Positions 10,111 to 19,200 of a stretch of 64,000 bases of DNA are shown here, in pieces; the stretch's first letter is position 1, and the number at the start of each line of letters is the position of its first letter. The translations under genes and the position numbers were made by a program. This DNA comes from Peptococcaceae bacterium UBA5752. GTDB lineage: Bacteria; Bacillota; Dehalobacteriia; UBA4068. The stretch is from assembly GCA_002419055.1 (NCBI GenBank), contig DIFI01000017.1:41160-105159 (forward strand), in the 5' to 3' direction. The notes below the pieces were generated by a model. The model ran no database searches and had not been told where the DNA came from. It saw only the letters and a program-made list of their open reading frames with translations.

Positions 10111-10138
10111 TAATTTTTTTATACATATTTGTCGATAT
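10111..10138 (+). promoter_or_regulatory. putative sigma-28-type promoter, proximal, upstream of fliD
   Basis: TAAT-N16-GTCGATAT, same -10 element as distal copy, ~40 nt upstream of fliD RBS (AAGGGGGG). Confidence 0.35.
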
Positions 10139-10178
10139 ATCTAAAGAGAATATTTTCGATAACAAGGGGGGATTTATA

Positions 10179-12107
10179 ATGTCGATCAGTACCATAACAA
10201 GCAGCAGTAACAGGATCAGCGGATTGGCATCAGGCCTGGATACTGATGAATTGGTAAAAAATCTCACCGAGGCAACGCGTTCTAAAGTCGAAAAAACGGA
10301 ACAGCAAAAGCAGATCCTTGAATGGAAGCAAGAAGATTACCGATCGCAACTTGAAGAATTAATTGAATTCAATAATACATATTTTGGCACATCTTCTTCC
10401 GGCATCACTTTAGGAAACACCTTGAATCGGATGACGGCAACAAGCTCCAATACCGCTTATGTGCAAGCAATAGCCGGAAACAATGCCACAGGAGGGTCGG
10501 TTTATATAAGCGATATCGTAAGCCTTGCAACCGCGGCTTCGGTCAAAAGCTCATCTCAGATAAGTCCGGATTTATCTTTTACGGTCAGCACCGATAACCT
10601 CAGTTCCCTTTCCGGTGCTGCAATGAATGTAACACTAGATGGTACGACAAAAACAATAACCTTCACCGAGGGTACCTACAGCACTGTAGACGATGTTGCG
10701 ACAGAATTGACGAATCTTTTGAATGATGCTTTTGGCGATGGCCGAATCACGGTAACTAATACCGATGGCGATCTTTCCCTCTTTGTCGAAAACAGTGTTC
10801 TCGGAATAGCCAATACTAATGAGGATGGCGCGGTACAAGCCCTTGATATAATGGGGTTTTCTGCAGAAACAGATGTTTCTTCCAACCGTTTAAATTTAAG
10901 CAATACCATTTCTGATTATGCTGCTGTTTTTGGCAGTGACGAAAGCTTCTCTTTTACCATAAATGATAAAGAATTTACTTTTACAAGCGGCACGACACTA
11001 AGCAAGGTTATTTCAACTATCAATGCCAGTAACGCCAATGTTAATATTTCCTATTCCAATATCAAAGATACTTTTACCATAAAATCAAAAGAAACCGGTA
11101 CAGGTTCAAGCGTAGAGTTGGCAGACACTTCCGGTTCCTTTTTGAGTTCCATATTGGGTGGTACCGGCTCTGCAACCGCCGGCAATAATGCAATTGTTAA
11201 GCTAAGTCTGGATGGAAGCACCGCTGCCGAAGACCAGATCACCATTACCAGAAACTCCAATACCTTTGCCATCAACGGTACTACCTATACCCTCAAGGGT
11301 ATCGCGGGCGGCACGGCGGAGGAAGGGATTACGGTAAACACAGACGTTGATACGGAAAATATTTATGATACTATCACCAAATTTGTCAGCGACTATAATA
11401 AATTACTTAGTTCGATAACCAATAAGCTGTATGAAGAGCGTGACAGCGATTTTCAACCGCTGACCGAAAGCGAAAAAGAAGACTTATCCGAAGATGAAAT
11501 TACAGACTGGACCGAACAAGCAAGGCAGGGCTGGTTAAGAAACGATACCTACCTGACCGAGATATATAATTCTCTTCGAAGTTCACTTTACACCCATGTT
11601 AAGAGCCTGGACGGTTCGGGAGATAATATCGGGCTGATTCTGGCCGATATCGGCATCACCACATCCGATTACACAGAAAACGGCAAGCTGACCATTGACG
11701 AGGATAAACTACGTTCGGCCTTAGCCGAAGACGCGGGAAGTGTGATAAACCTTCTGACGCAGAAATCTTCCGTAAACTATTCTTTGTACAACACAACCGA
11801 AAACAAGCAAACCCGCTATAACGAATCCGGCCTCTTATGGAGAATCAACGATATTGTAAAAAACAACATCAGTACCGTCGGTAAAAAAGGCTCTCTTGTT
11901 ACCCTTGTCGGCAATCCCAGCACCGGATATGTAGGCACTTCTACATACAGCGAGCGGATTAATGCTATGGAAGATAAGATCGACACACTGAAAGAAAAAC
12001 TTGCGGATCAAGAAGATTTTTACTATAAGAGGTTTACCGCAATGGAAACGGCTCTCAGCACATTAAACTCTCAAAGCAATTATCTAGCTTCACTATTGTC
12101 CAGCTAA
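10179..12107 (+). CDS. fliD: flagellar filament capping protein FliD
   Basis: 642 aa; N-terminal ISGLASGLDTDELVKNL motif and C-terminal coiled coil region typical of FliD; followed by fliS. Confidence 0.85.
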   Translation: MSISTITSSSNRISGLASGLDTDELVKNLTEATRSKVEKTEQQKQILEWKQEDYRSQLEELIEFNNTYFGTSSSGITLGNTLNRMTATSSNTAYVQAIAGNNATGGSVYISDIVSLATAASVKSSSQISPDLSFTVSTDNLSSLSGAAMNVTLDGTTKTITFTEGTYSTVDDVATELTNLLNDAFGDGRITVTNTDGDLSLFVENSVLGIANTNEDGAVQALDIMGFSAETDVSSNRLNLSNTISDYAAVFGSDESFSFTINDKEFTFTSGTTLSKVISTINASNANVNISYSNIKDTFTIKSKETGTGSSVELADTSGSFLSSILGGTGSATAGNNAIVKLSLDGSTAAEDQITITRNSNTFAINGTTYTLKGIAGGTAEEGITVNTDVDTENIYDTITKFVSDYNKLLSSITNKLYEERDSDFQPLTESEKEDLSEDEITDWTEQARQGWLRNDTYLTEIYNSLRSSLYTHVKSLDGSGDNIGLILADIGITTSDYTENGKLTIDEDKLRSALAEDAGSVINLLTQKSSVNYSLYNTTENKQTRYNESGLLWRINDIVKNNISTVGKKGSLVTLVGNPSTGYVGTSTYSERINAMEDKIDTLKEKLADQEDFYYKRFTAMETALSTLNSQSNYLASLLSS

Positions 12108-12126
12108 AAACAAGGGGGCGATTTAA

Positions 12127-12507
12127 ATAGAACCTAACAATCCTTATCAAAAATATAAGGAATTATCAATAAACACATTAACTCCTGAAGAATTGCTGAT
12201 CTTTACATATGATGAGCTATCTTTAAATATTAACAGGGCTATTTTAAGTATCCAAAAGAGAAAACCAGCAGATGCACATACCTATATCACCAAAGCGGAA
12301 AAAATCGTTATGTATCTTATCGATATACTTGATATCAAATACCCTATCTCAGATAAACTTTTACAAATCTACGAGTACATTTATCTTCAGTTGATTTATG
12401 CCAACACTTACAAAAACGAAAATACATTAACCAAAATATTGGAGATTGTCACGGAGATGAGAGCTACATGGCAGCAGGCGGAAAAGGAGATTCGCCAAAA
12501 ATTCTAA
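12127..12507 (+). CDS. fliS: flagellar export chaperone FliS (start codon uncertain)
   Basis: In-frame translation upstream of the track's TTG gives ...NPYQKYKELSINTLTPEELLIFTYDELSLNINRA..., the canonical FliS N-terminus; frame opens after TAA at 12124-12126 with GGGGG RBS at 12114-12118 but no canonical start (ATA at 12127). Confidence 0.75.
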   Translation: MEPNNPYQKYKELSINTLTPEELLIFTYDELSLNINRAILSIQKRKPADAHTYITKAEKIVMYLIDILDIKYPISDKLLQIYEYIYLQLIYANTYKNENTLTKILEIVTEMRATWQQAEKEIRQKF

Positions 12508-12525
12508 CTTAAAGAGAGTATACAT

Positions 12526-13038
12526 ATGAACAATCTTGATAGTCTTATAGCTAATAATCTTATCTCATTAATCGATAAAAAAATTGTACTGTTGCAGACT
12601 TATAAAACGAGTCTGCAATGGTTAGATGAAAACGCCGAAAATAGCAGCAATAGCGATCTATATTCAGAGCTTGATCTGCAAAATTCATATATCAAACAAT
12701 TAAAAGAGCTCAACTTGATGACTAAGGTAATAATGGATGATTACTCTATCAATAGCAGTTCCGTTCCCCTGTTATTGGCAACCAAAGCTGCAGAACAAAC
12801 CCTAATGCCGCAATGGAATCAAGCCCTTTACCTTAAATTAGCGGAATACAATGAGTTATTGTCTTCAATAAGTGAACTGAATAATAATGTGGTTAATAAG
12901 GTTCAATGCCTGTCCGATATATACAGGGACAAAATCAAGCACATCCGCGGACAGAAAAACATCATTTCCAACTATCAATTGTTCAATAAAAATGCAACCG
13001 GTATTTTTTTTGATTATAAAGAAGGTAACAAAAAATAG
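12526..13038 (+). CDS. hypothetical protein, possibly FliT/FlgN-like flagellar chaperone (by position after fliS)
   Basis: 170-aa helical-looking protein, RBS present, located fliD-fliS-X as fliT is in Bacillus; no recognisable motif. Confidence 0.3.
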   Translation: MNNLDSLIANNLISLIDKKIVLLQTYKTSLQWLDENAENSSNSDLYSELDLQNSYIKQLKELNLMTKVIMDDYSINSSSVPLLLATKAAEQTLMPQWNQALYLKLAEYNELLSSISELNNNVVNKVQCLSDIYRDKIKHIRGQKNIISNYQLFNKNATGIFFDYKEGNKK

Positions 13039-13089
13039 ATTTTTATATCGTTATCCTATGCAGTTGGATATTGCAAGGAGGATCACTTA

Positions 13090-13929
13090 ATGGATATTGC
13101 AAGTATAATTGGTATTACTTTAGGCTTTGGCTGTTTGCTGTTTGGCTATACAATGGATGGGGGCGGTCTAGGATCACTTGTTTTGCTCAGCGCTTTTATT
13201 ATAGTTATCGGCGGCTCACTAGGTTCAGCCGCCTTATCCTTTGGTATAGATGAATTAAAAAAAATACCGAAAATGATTATTTGCGCCTTCAAACCACCAA
13301 AATCAAATATTTCCGAAACTATAGATTATATCGTAAAACTATCCGAAATTGCCCGTAAGGATGGGCTTTTAAGTATTGAAAAATCTATTAATGAAAATAA
13401 CATGGGCGATAAAATGGATCCCCTTTTATATCAAGGAATGATGATGGTAATAGACGGGGTGGACTTAGAACAGATAAGAGATACCATGGAAACTGAGATA
13501 TACATTTATGAGGAAAAATCCAAAGGTGAAATAGCTATCTTTGATTCACTGGGAGGGTATGCTCCTACATACGGCATGATTGGCACGATCATGGGGCTTA
13601 TCAAGGTTCTTGCCAATATGGAATCGGCCGAGGAAATGACCAGCTCTATCGCAGTTGCTTTTACTGCAACCCTCTACGGCGTAGTAAGCGCTAATGTTAT
13701 ATATATTCCCATTGCCAGCAAATTGAAACTAAGACTTAAACAAAGCCTTCTGGAAAAAGAAATGATTGTAGAAGGGGTATGCAGCATCCGCAACGGCATG
13801 AATTCGAAGATGCTGCGCGATAAACTCACAATTTATATCCTTGAAGTAGCGAAAAGCAAAAAGAATTCCGGTGATGAAGCAAATCATAACCGGAAGAAGA
13901 AAGATAAGAGGAATGATAATGCGGCGTAA
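13090..13929 (+). CDS. motA: flagellar motor stator protein MotA
   Basis: 279 aa; N-terminal TM helices (IIGITLGFGCLLFGYTM..., LVLLSAFIIVIGGSLGSAAL) and conserved C-terminal region (GMIGTIMGLIKVL...AVAFTATLYGVVSANVIYIPIASKLK); AAGGAGG RBS. Confidence 0.9.
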   Translation: MDIASIIGITLGFGCLLFGYTMDGGGLGSLVLLSAFIIVIGGSLGSAALSFGIDELKKIPKMIICAFKPPKSNISETIDYIVKLSEIARKDGLLSIEKSINENNMGDKMDPLLYQGMMMVIDGVDLEQIRDTMETEIYIYEEKSKGEIAIFDSLGGYAPTYGMIGTIMGLIKVLANMESAEEMTSSIAVAFTATLYGVVSANVIYIPIASKLKLRLKQSLLEKEMIVEGVCSIRNGMNSKMLRDKLTIYILEVAKSKKNSGDEANHNRKKKDKRNDNAA

Positions 13930-14680
13930 AAAAGATGAGGAAGAAAATGATAAAAGTGAACGCTGGCTCCTGACATATTCCGATATGATGAATAACCTTC
14001 TCATCCTTTTCATGGTTTTATATGCAATGAGCATCATAGATTTGGCTAAATTTGAAGACATGGCCAACGGGTTTTCCAACGTTTTTGCTTCTGGTACTAC
14101 AACCGAAAGCCAAGGCAGCGATGGAGCCGGAGCTTCCGAATATACTGTCGAGGAACCGGGCGAAGGCACGGCTGGCGGCACAGATGTTGTAAGTGAAGAA
14201 TTCGATAAAGTATATAAAACCATACAAAAAGAACTGGCTGAAAACGGCTATGAAGATATGGTGATAATTGAACAAGGCGCTGATTATATAAAATTCAGCT
14301 TTGGAGAAAATGTATTATTTTATCCCGACAGTTCCACTATCAAGACTACAGATATGGGTGTGTTAAAATGCATCGGTGATGCATTGGTAACCATAGAACC
14401 GCTTATCCAATCAATAGATATCAGCGGCCATACTGCTACCACAGGCCAGCAAACAACCAGTGTCTTCTCGTGGGAGCTCTCTGCCGAAAGATCGATAGCT
14501 GTTCTAAAATATCTCGTACAAACATGCAATCTTCAAGAATCAAAGATGGCTATCTCCGGCTACTCGCGTTATCATCCCGTTGCCAGCAATGAGACCGAAG
14601 AAAGCAGACAATTGAATCGGCGGGTCGAGATCAAGATCACTCGCATAAAATCCGAAACCACTGACCAAACAGAACAATAA
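13913..14680 (+). CDS. motB: flagellar motor stator protein MotB (OmpA-like C-terminal domain)
   Basis: RWLLTYSDMMNNLLILFMVLYAMS plug/TM region, C-terminal OmpA-like motif (NRRVEIKI); start chosen at ATG 13913 (AGAGGA RBS), overlaps motA end. Confidence 0.85.
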   Translation: MIMRRKKDEEENDKSERWLLTYSDMMNNLLILFMVLYAMSIIDLAKFEDMANGFSNVFASGTTTESQGSDGAGASEYTVEEPGEGTAGGTDVVSEEFDKVYKTIQKELAENGYEDMVIIEQGADYIKFSFGENVLFYPDSSTIKTTDMGVLKCIGDALVTIEPLIQSIDISGHTATTGQQTTSVFSWELSAERSIAVLKYLVQTCNLQESKMAISGYSRYHPVASNETEESRQLNRRVEIKITRIKSETTDQTEQ

Positions 14681-14714
14681 TTTTAGTTGTCTTCTCATCC
14701 CCCTTTCCACATAA

Positions 14715-14757
14715 ACAAATAAGATCGTACATAATAGTACGATCTTATTTGTTTTAT
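14715..14757. terminator. bidirectional rho-independent terminator between motB and cheD
   Basis: 16-bp perfect stem acaaataagatcgtac/gtacgatcttatttgt with loop ataata, T-run follows. Confidence 0.75.
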
Positions 14758-14775
14758 TGTATACGGATATATATT

Positions 14776-15255
14776 TTAAAAAACCTTATTGCCCTTGCCT
14801 GCTGTTTTTACTATCATAGAACCATTTTGCGTATTAAATTCCACTGTCCGGCCGTAATTTAATCCGGTATCCTCGGCCATAAGCCTGATATTCAGTCTCT
14901 TTAGCTCATTTTTTACTACTTCAACATTTCTCTCGCCAATACTTTTTCCGGTAGTGATAAACATATTGGCACCACCGGCGATCTTTGCAATCATGTGCAG
15001 ACGAGCACAGCCTTGACGTTCCATAGATCTTACCAGCTCCTCAACAGCCGTATCGGCAAATTTGTAGACCTCATGTCTGTCGCTGCCGATAAAGGCCTGA
15101 GGGAGTAAGACATGCGCCAATCCGCTGATACGACGCATCGTGTCAAAAAGGCAAATGCCTACACAAGACCCCAGCGCATATGTAATAAGGCTGTCCGGTG
15201 GATATGCTACCTGTTGATCTGAAATACCAACAATCACTAAATTGCCCATCAACAA
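14776..15255 (-). CDS. cheD: chemoreceptor glutamine deamidase CheD
   Basis: 159 aa; ...LITYALGSCVGICLFD... CheD core; overlaps cheC stop. Confidence 0.85.
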   Translation of the reverse strand: MLMGNLVIVGISDQQVAYPPDSLITYALGSCVGICLFDTMRRISGLAHVLLPQAFIGSDRHEVYKFADTAVEELVRSMERQGCARLHMIAKIAGGANMFITTGKSIGERNVEVVKNELKRLNIRLMAEDTGLNYGRTVEFNTQNGSMIVKTAGKGNKVF

Positions 15256-15863
15256 ACTCCCAGACTTTCCATGATCAATTGCAGCGATTTTGGTTCCGGC
15301 ATGATCAATAGATGGCTTTTGATAGCGCTGTCTCCGCTTAAGAAATCCTCCTCGATAAAGAGAAGCTTGTCCCCCATGACGCCGAACTGTGCAGCCGGAT
15401 AGCTGAGGATGGCTCCGGCCATATCTAAAGCGATCTGGGGCGTGGTTAGCCCGATGTTCAAACCGGTCATTGTAGAAATAGCGCTTATATATGAGCCTGC
15501 CAATATATTGCCGATCTCCATGATCGCCGACATGCTCAGCTCCGAAATCTCTTCAAAGCTTTGTATTTGCTCATCCATAAGCACATTGACCAGCATATAG
15601 ATAAATTCCTGATCAAGTAAAAACAGCAACATCCCCTTCACGTCTTCCGTCATATTGACTAGAATGCCCGCAAGCTCATTTTCCGGACCGCCAAGGATTG
15701 TCGCCATACTGCTGACATCGATAATCTGCAACGCCGGAACGGACATCATGACCTTGTCGGCCAGTATATGAGCAAGGGAAGTAGCCGCATTACCGGCGCC
15801 AATGTTTCCTATCTCAGACAGTACGCTTATTTGAAGTTCGCTGAGGTTTTCGTAATTTTTCAA
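15249..15863 (-). CDS. cheC: CheY-P phosphatase CheC
   Basis: CheC/FliY family: LSELQISVLSEIGNIGAGNAATSLAHIL and second repeat ...ISAIMEIGNILAGSYISAIS; start set to TTG (MKNYENLSELQ) with AAGAGGTG RBS 7 nt upstream rather than the longer RBS-less ORF. Confidence 0.8.
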   Translation of the reverse strand: MKNYENLSELQISVLSEIGNIGAGNAATSLAHILADKVMMSVPALQIIDVSSMATILGGPENELAGILVNMTEDVKGMLLFLLDQEFIYMLVNVLMDEQIQSFEEISELSMSAIMEIGNILAGSYISAISTMTGLNIGLTTPQIALDMAGAILSYPAAQFGVMGDKLLFIEEDFLSGDSAIKSHLLIMPEPKSLQLIMESLGVC

Positions 15864-16091
15864 ATAACTACACCTCTTTAAATATATTAACTTTACCCAC
15901 TTACGTATATATCGACGAAATTCAGACAAAAAACATATTCTTACTTAAAATATTTGCTTTTTCTTAGATAGATTTTAATTTCATCTTATACATTGCATGC
16001 AAATATAAAAAGAAAAAAACAATTGGATAATATATTCAAAATATCTGCATAAGCTAGATCTGATAAATTATTAAGCTTAAAGAATGCATGC

Positions 16092-16120
16092 TTGCTGACA
16101 TATGAATACCGTGGTATAAT
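16092..16120 (+). promoter_or_regulatory. putative sigma-A promoter with extended -10 for the 1612-aa gene
   Basis: TTGCTG-N17-tgGTATAAT (perfect -10, TG at -15/-14); ~85-nt leader before RBS AAGGGGG. Confidence 0.4.
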
Positions 16121-16210
16121 TATGCCATCAAGCTGCAAATAAAAGAGACCATAACTGATCGCAAATTAACCGGTGTCCATGGATAGAATTTAGAATGAAG
16201 GGGGTTCCCT

Positions 16211-19200
16211 ATGCAAATTGCATCAGAAAAAAAGATGCTGGCCCTTTTGGTACAGCGTCTAAATGATTCGACGAATCCCTATGTTTATTCATTGAAAAGA
16301 AAAGAAGTTAATGCTTTTTTGGAACAGCATGGCTGGGCAAAAAAGATTAATGATTTGCTACGCATGCCTACTTCTGTTACCTGGAAGCGGGTTTTAGAAT
16401 TAAGCCGGGATACGCTGGATTATCTGTGTGAAATGCCGGATGAAGGCTGGTTAAATTTTACCTTGCATTTTGCCATTGATCTGATGTTCCCCAAAGAAGA
16501 GTTTGCTTTACGCCGCAGTAAATTCAGCGACGGAGCAGTTTTTCTGCTTACTTTGATGCAGCTTGTTTATGACGAAGAAAAGAAAGCCGGATTGATACCT
16601 AAATCGGTTGAGTTTTCTTTACTAAATAAATCTGAAGTAGAGGGCGAGTCAACCGCTGTTGAATACAACCGTTTGCTTAAAGCACTTAGACAGGAATATG
16701 TATACGAAATGATGCGGCTGTCTCAGGAACTGTCGCCCTACCGTTCTTTAGAACATATCGCCAATGTTCATCGGATGGCTCTTTATATGGCGCGGCAATT
16801 GAAGCGCTCCGGCGTACCTGTGGACTTATGCCTTATTTCCGGTGCTGCCCTGACTCATGATATAGGTAAATTTGGCTGCCAGAAAGGTGAACGCGTACCT
16901 TATCTGCATTATTTTTATACTGACAGATGGTGCCGGCAGCAAAATATACCCACAATCGGTCATATCGCGGCCAACCATTCTGTTTGGGATCTGGAGCTAG
17001 AAAATTTGTCGGCGGAATCACTGCTGCTCATTTACGCTGATTTTCGTATTAAACAAGTGACAGATAACGGCGTGGAAAATACCCGCGTATTCACACTCAA
17101 GGAAAGCTTCCAAGTCATACTAGAAAAACTTGATAACGTGGATTCCTCCAAGCGGGACCGTTATCTGAAAGTTTATGATAAGCTCAGCGATTTCGAGGAT
17201 TATCTGCGCTTTTTAGGCGTAGATACAAACATGGATGGCAAAGAATTGCATCCTTGCTGCCGCGAAGCCTCTCTGATGACCGGCGAAGAAGCGGTGGCTT
17301 CTTTGAAACTGCTGGGCGTTGAGCATAATATTGCTCTGATGCACCACTTCGGCAACGAACGATTGTTCGGTAACATCCTGGAAGCTGCCCGAACCGAGAA
17401 AAACTGGAAAAATATCCGCGCCTATCTAGGTGTTTTCGATGAATATTTCACTTATCTGAGCATCAGCCAAAAGGTGCAGACGCTGGCTTTTCTTTACGAG
17501 CTGTTGATGAACCGCGAAGGCGATATACGCCGTCAGGCCGCATCGCTACTGGGCAATATCATTGCGCGCTTCGATATCAGCTATAAAAAAGAACTGCCCG
17601 CCGGTGTGGCGGAGGATGATGATATAACCTCGCTGCAAATGTGGGAAAAATATCTTGAGATGATTATTCATCCGAGTTATAAGCTTACCTTCCAACACAA
17701 AAGCTGGATTGGCTTTACATTAAAGATAGTTATCTCATCATTTTTCGAAAACTGTGACGAGGCTGACCGCCGTCCTTTTATGGAGCGGCTAACCAAGTGG
17801 TTTAGCAGCCCGGATAAGGAAGAGTTGGTCAACTTCTATTTACTTGATGCAATCAATTATCTGCCTCTGAAATTTTGCACGGACAAGGAAAGGTCGCGTC
17901 TACTGACATTTGCCATGGATGCAGCCGAAGGCTCCATATCACTGTTGCGCGCCTCTGCTTTGCGTACTTTGAGCTATATCGTTGCCATCGGCTACCCCTT
18001 AGAACAAGATGAGGTTCGTCGTCTGTCCGCGCTTTGCGTACCCTGCAACGATCAAGAAGAAAATACTACGCTGCGAATGTTAAAAACGCAAATTCGCAGT
18101 TGTTTATCGGAAAGTGACGAAACTGAATTGACTGCCGTCAGCAGTGATACAATCTCCGATATCTTTCTTGATAATCTGAAGATGGCCACCTCGTGGGTGA
18201 TCAAAACCCTTAACGTGGATCTTTTGCTCAGCGTAGCCGAGCAAGACCCGCACAGTCCTTATCTGCTGCATATCGCCGCTCATTTTGCTAATCTGCTCAA
18301 AGTCAGTGAGCGGGTAGTGGTGCGGCACAAAGCCGGCGCCGCGCTGTTGCACATCGCGCCTCTACTTTCCTATGACCAGCGCAATGAGATAGCAGTGGAG
18401 CTGCTACAGGGACTGGAAGTCGGAGAATATGAATTTTCTAAATATATACCCGAATATTTGGGACAGTTTGCTCTCTGGCTAAGTACCGAAGAACTGGAAG
18501 AATTGATTCTCCAACTCAATGATCTGGTTTACAGTCCTAATACAAATGTGGTAGCCGTCGCCATAGCAACAATTGGCGTTCTGATGGAATGCCTCAATAA
18601 TCGCCGTGACAACTTTGGTGAGACTCACCAAATGCAGGAACGCCGCAGAGAATATTTACTTGGTATACTGCTTAAAGGTTTGGTAGGACGTGACGCTGCA
18701 AGACAGGAGTCGATGCTGATCATCGGACAGCACTTCTTTGCCTCTCGCAAACTGGCCGATGACGATAAACGTCAGCTATTCGGCAAATGCTGTAAAAAGC
18801 TGCTCAGCTTAATTAGCGAATATCGGGAAGGCAAACTGGAATTTTTCTACCGTGCCGCTGTTTTAAACAATATTTACCGCTTCATCAGCGATTCCCAGCT
18901 TAATCATGGGGAATTTGTCATTGAACAATTTGATAAAGTTGCGTTTTTCCCCGGCACCTTCGATCCTTTCTCCAATTCTCACAAAGGTATCGTGGAGGAG
19001 ATGCTTCAGCAGGGCTTCGAAGTAATGCTGGCTATCGATGAATATTCCTGGTCCAAAAAAACGCAGCCGCATTTTATCCGGCATCAATTAGCCAATATGA
19101 CTTTGGCCGATAAATTTCATGTCTATGTTTATCCCGGATCTATGCCGGTTAATATTGCAAATCCGCAGGATCTGGCTATGCTGCGACATTCTCTGCCGGA

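Noticed and set aside
13729-14275. Minus-strand ORFs (164 and 85 aa) across the motA/motB junction
   Set aside because: Antisense to conserved motA/motB sequence; no RBS or motif.
15907-15925. Sigma-28-like -10 (GTCGATAT on minus strand) upstream of cheC
   Set aside because: The octamer is present but no correctly spaced TAAA -35 could be found; left as unsupported.
15864-15929. Extended N-terminus of CheC (MSEFRRYIRKWVKL...)
   Set aside because: No RBS; CheC homology and a strong RBS begin at the TTG at 15863.
16127-16210. Possible riboswitch in the 85-nt leader of the giant gene
   Set aside because: Leader is too short and shows no recognisable aptamer consensus.
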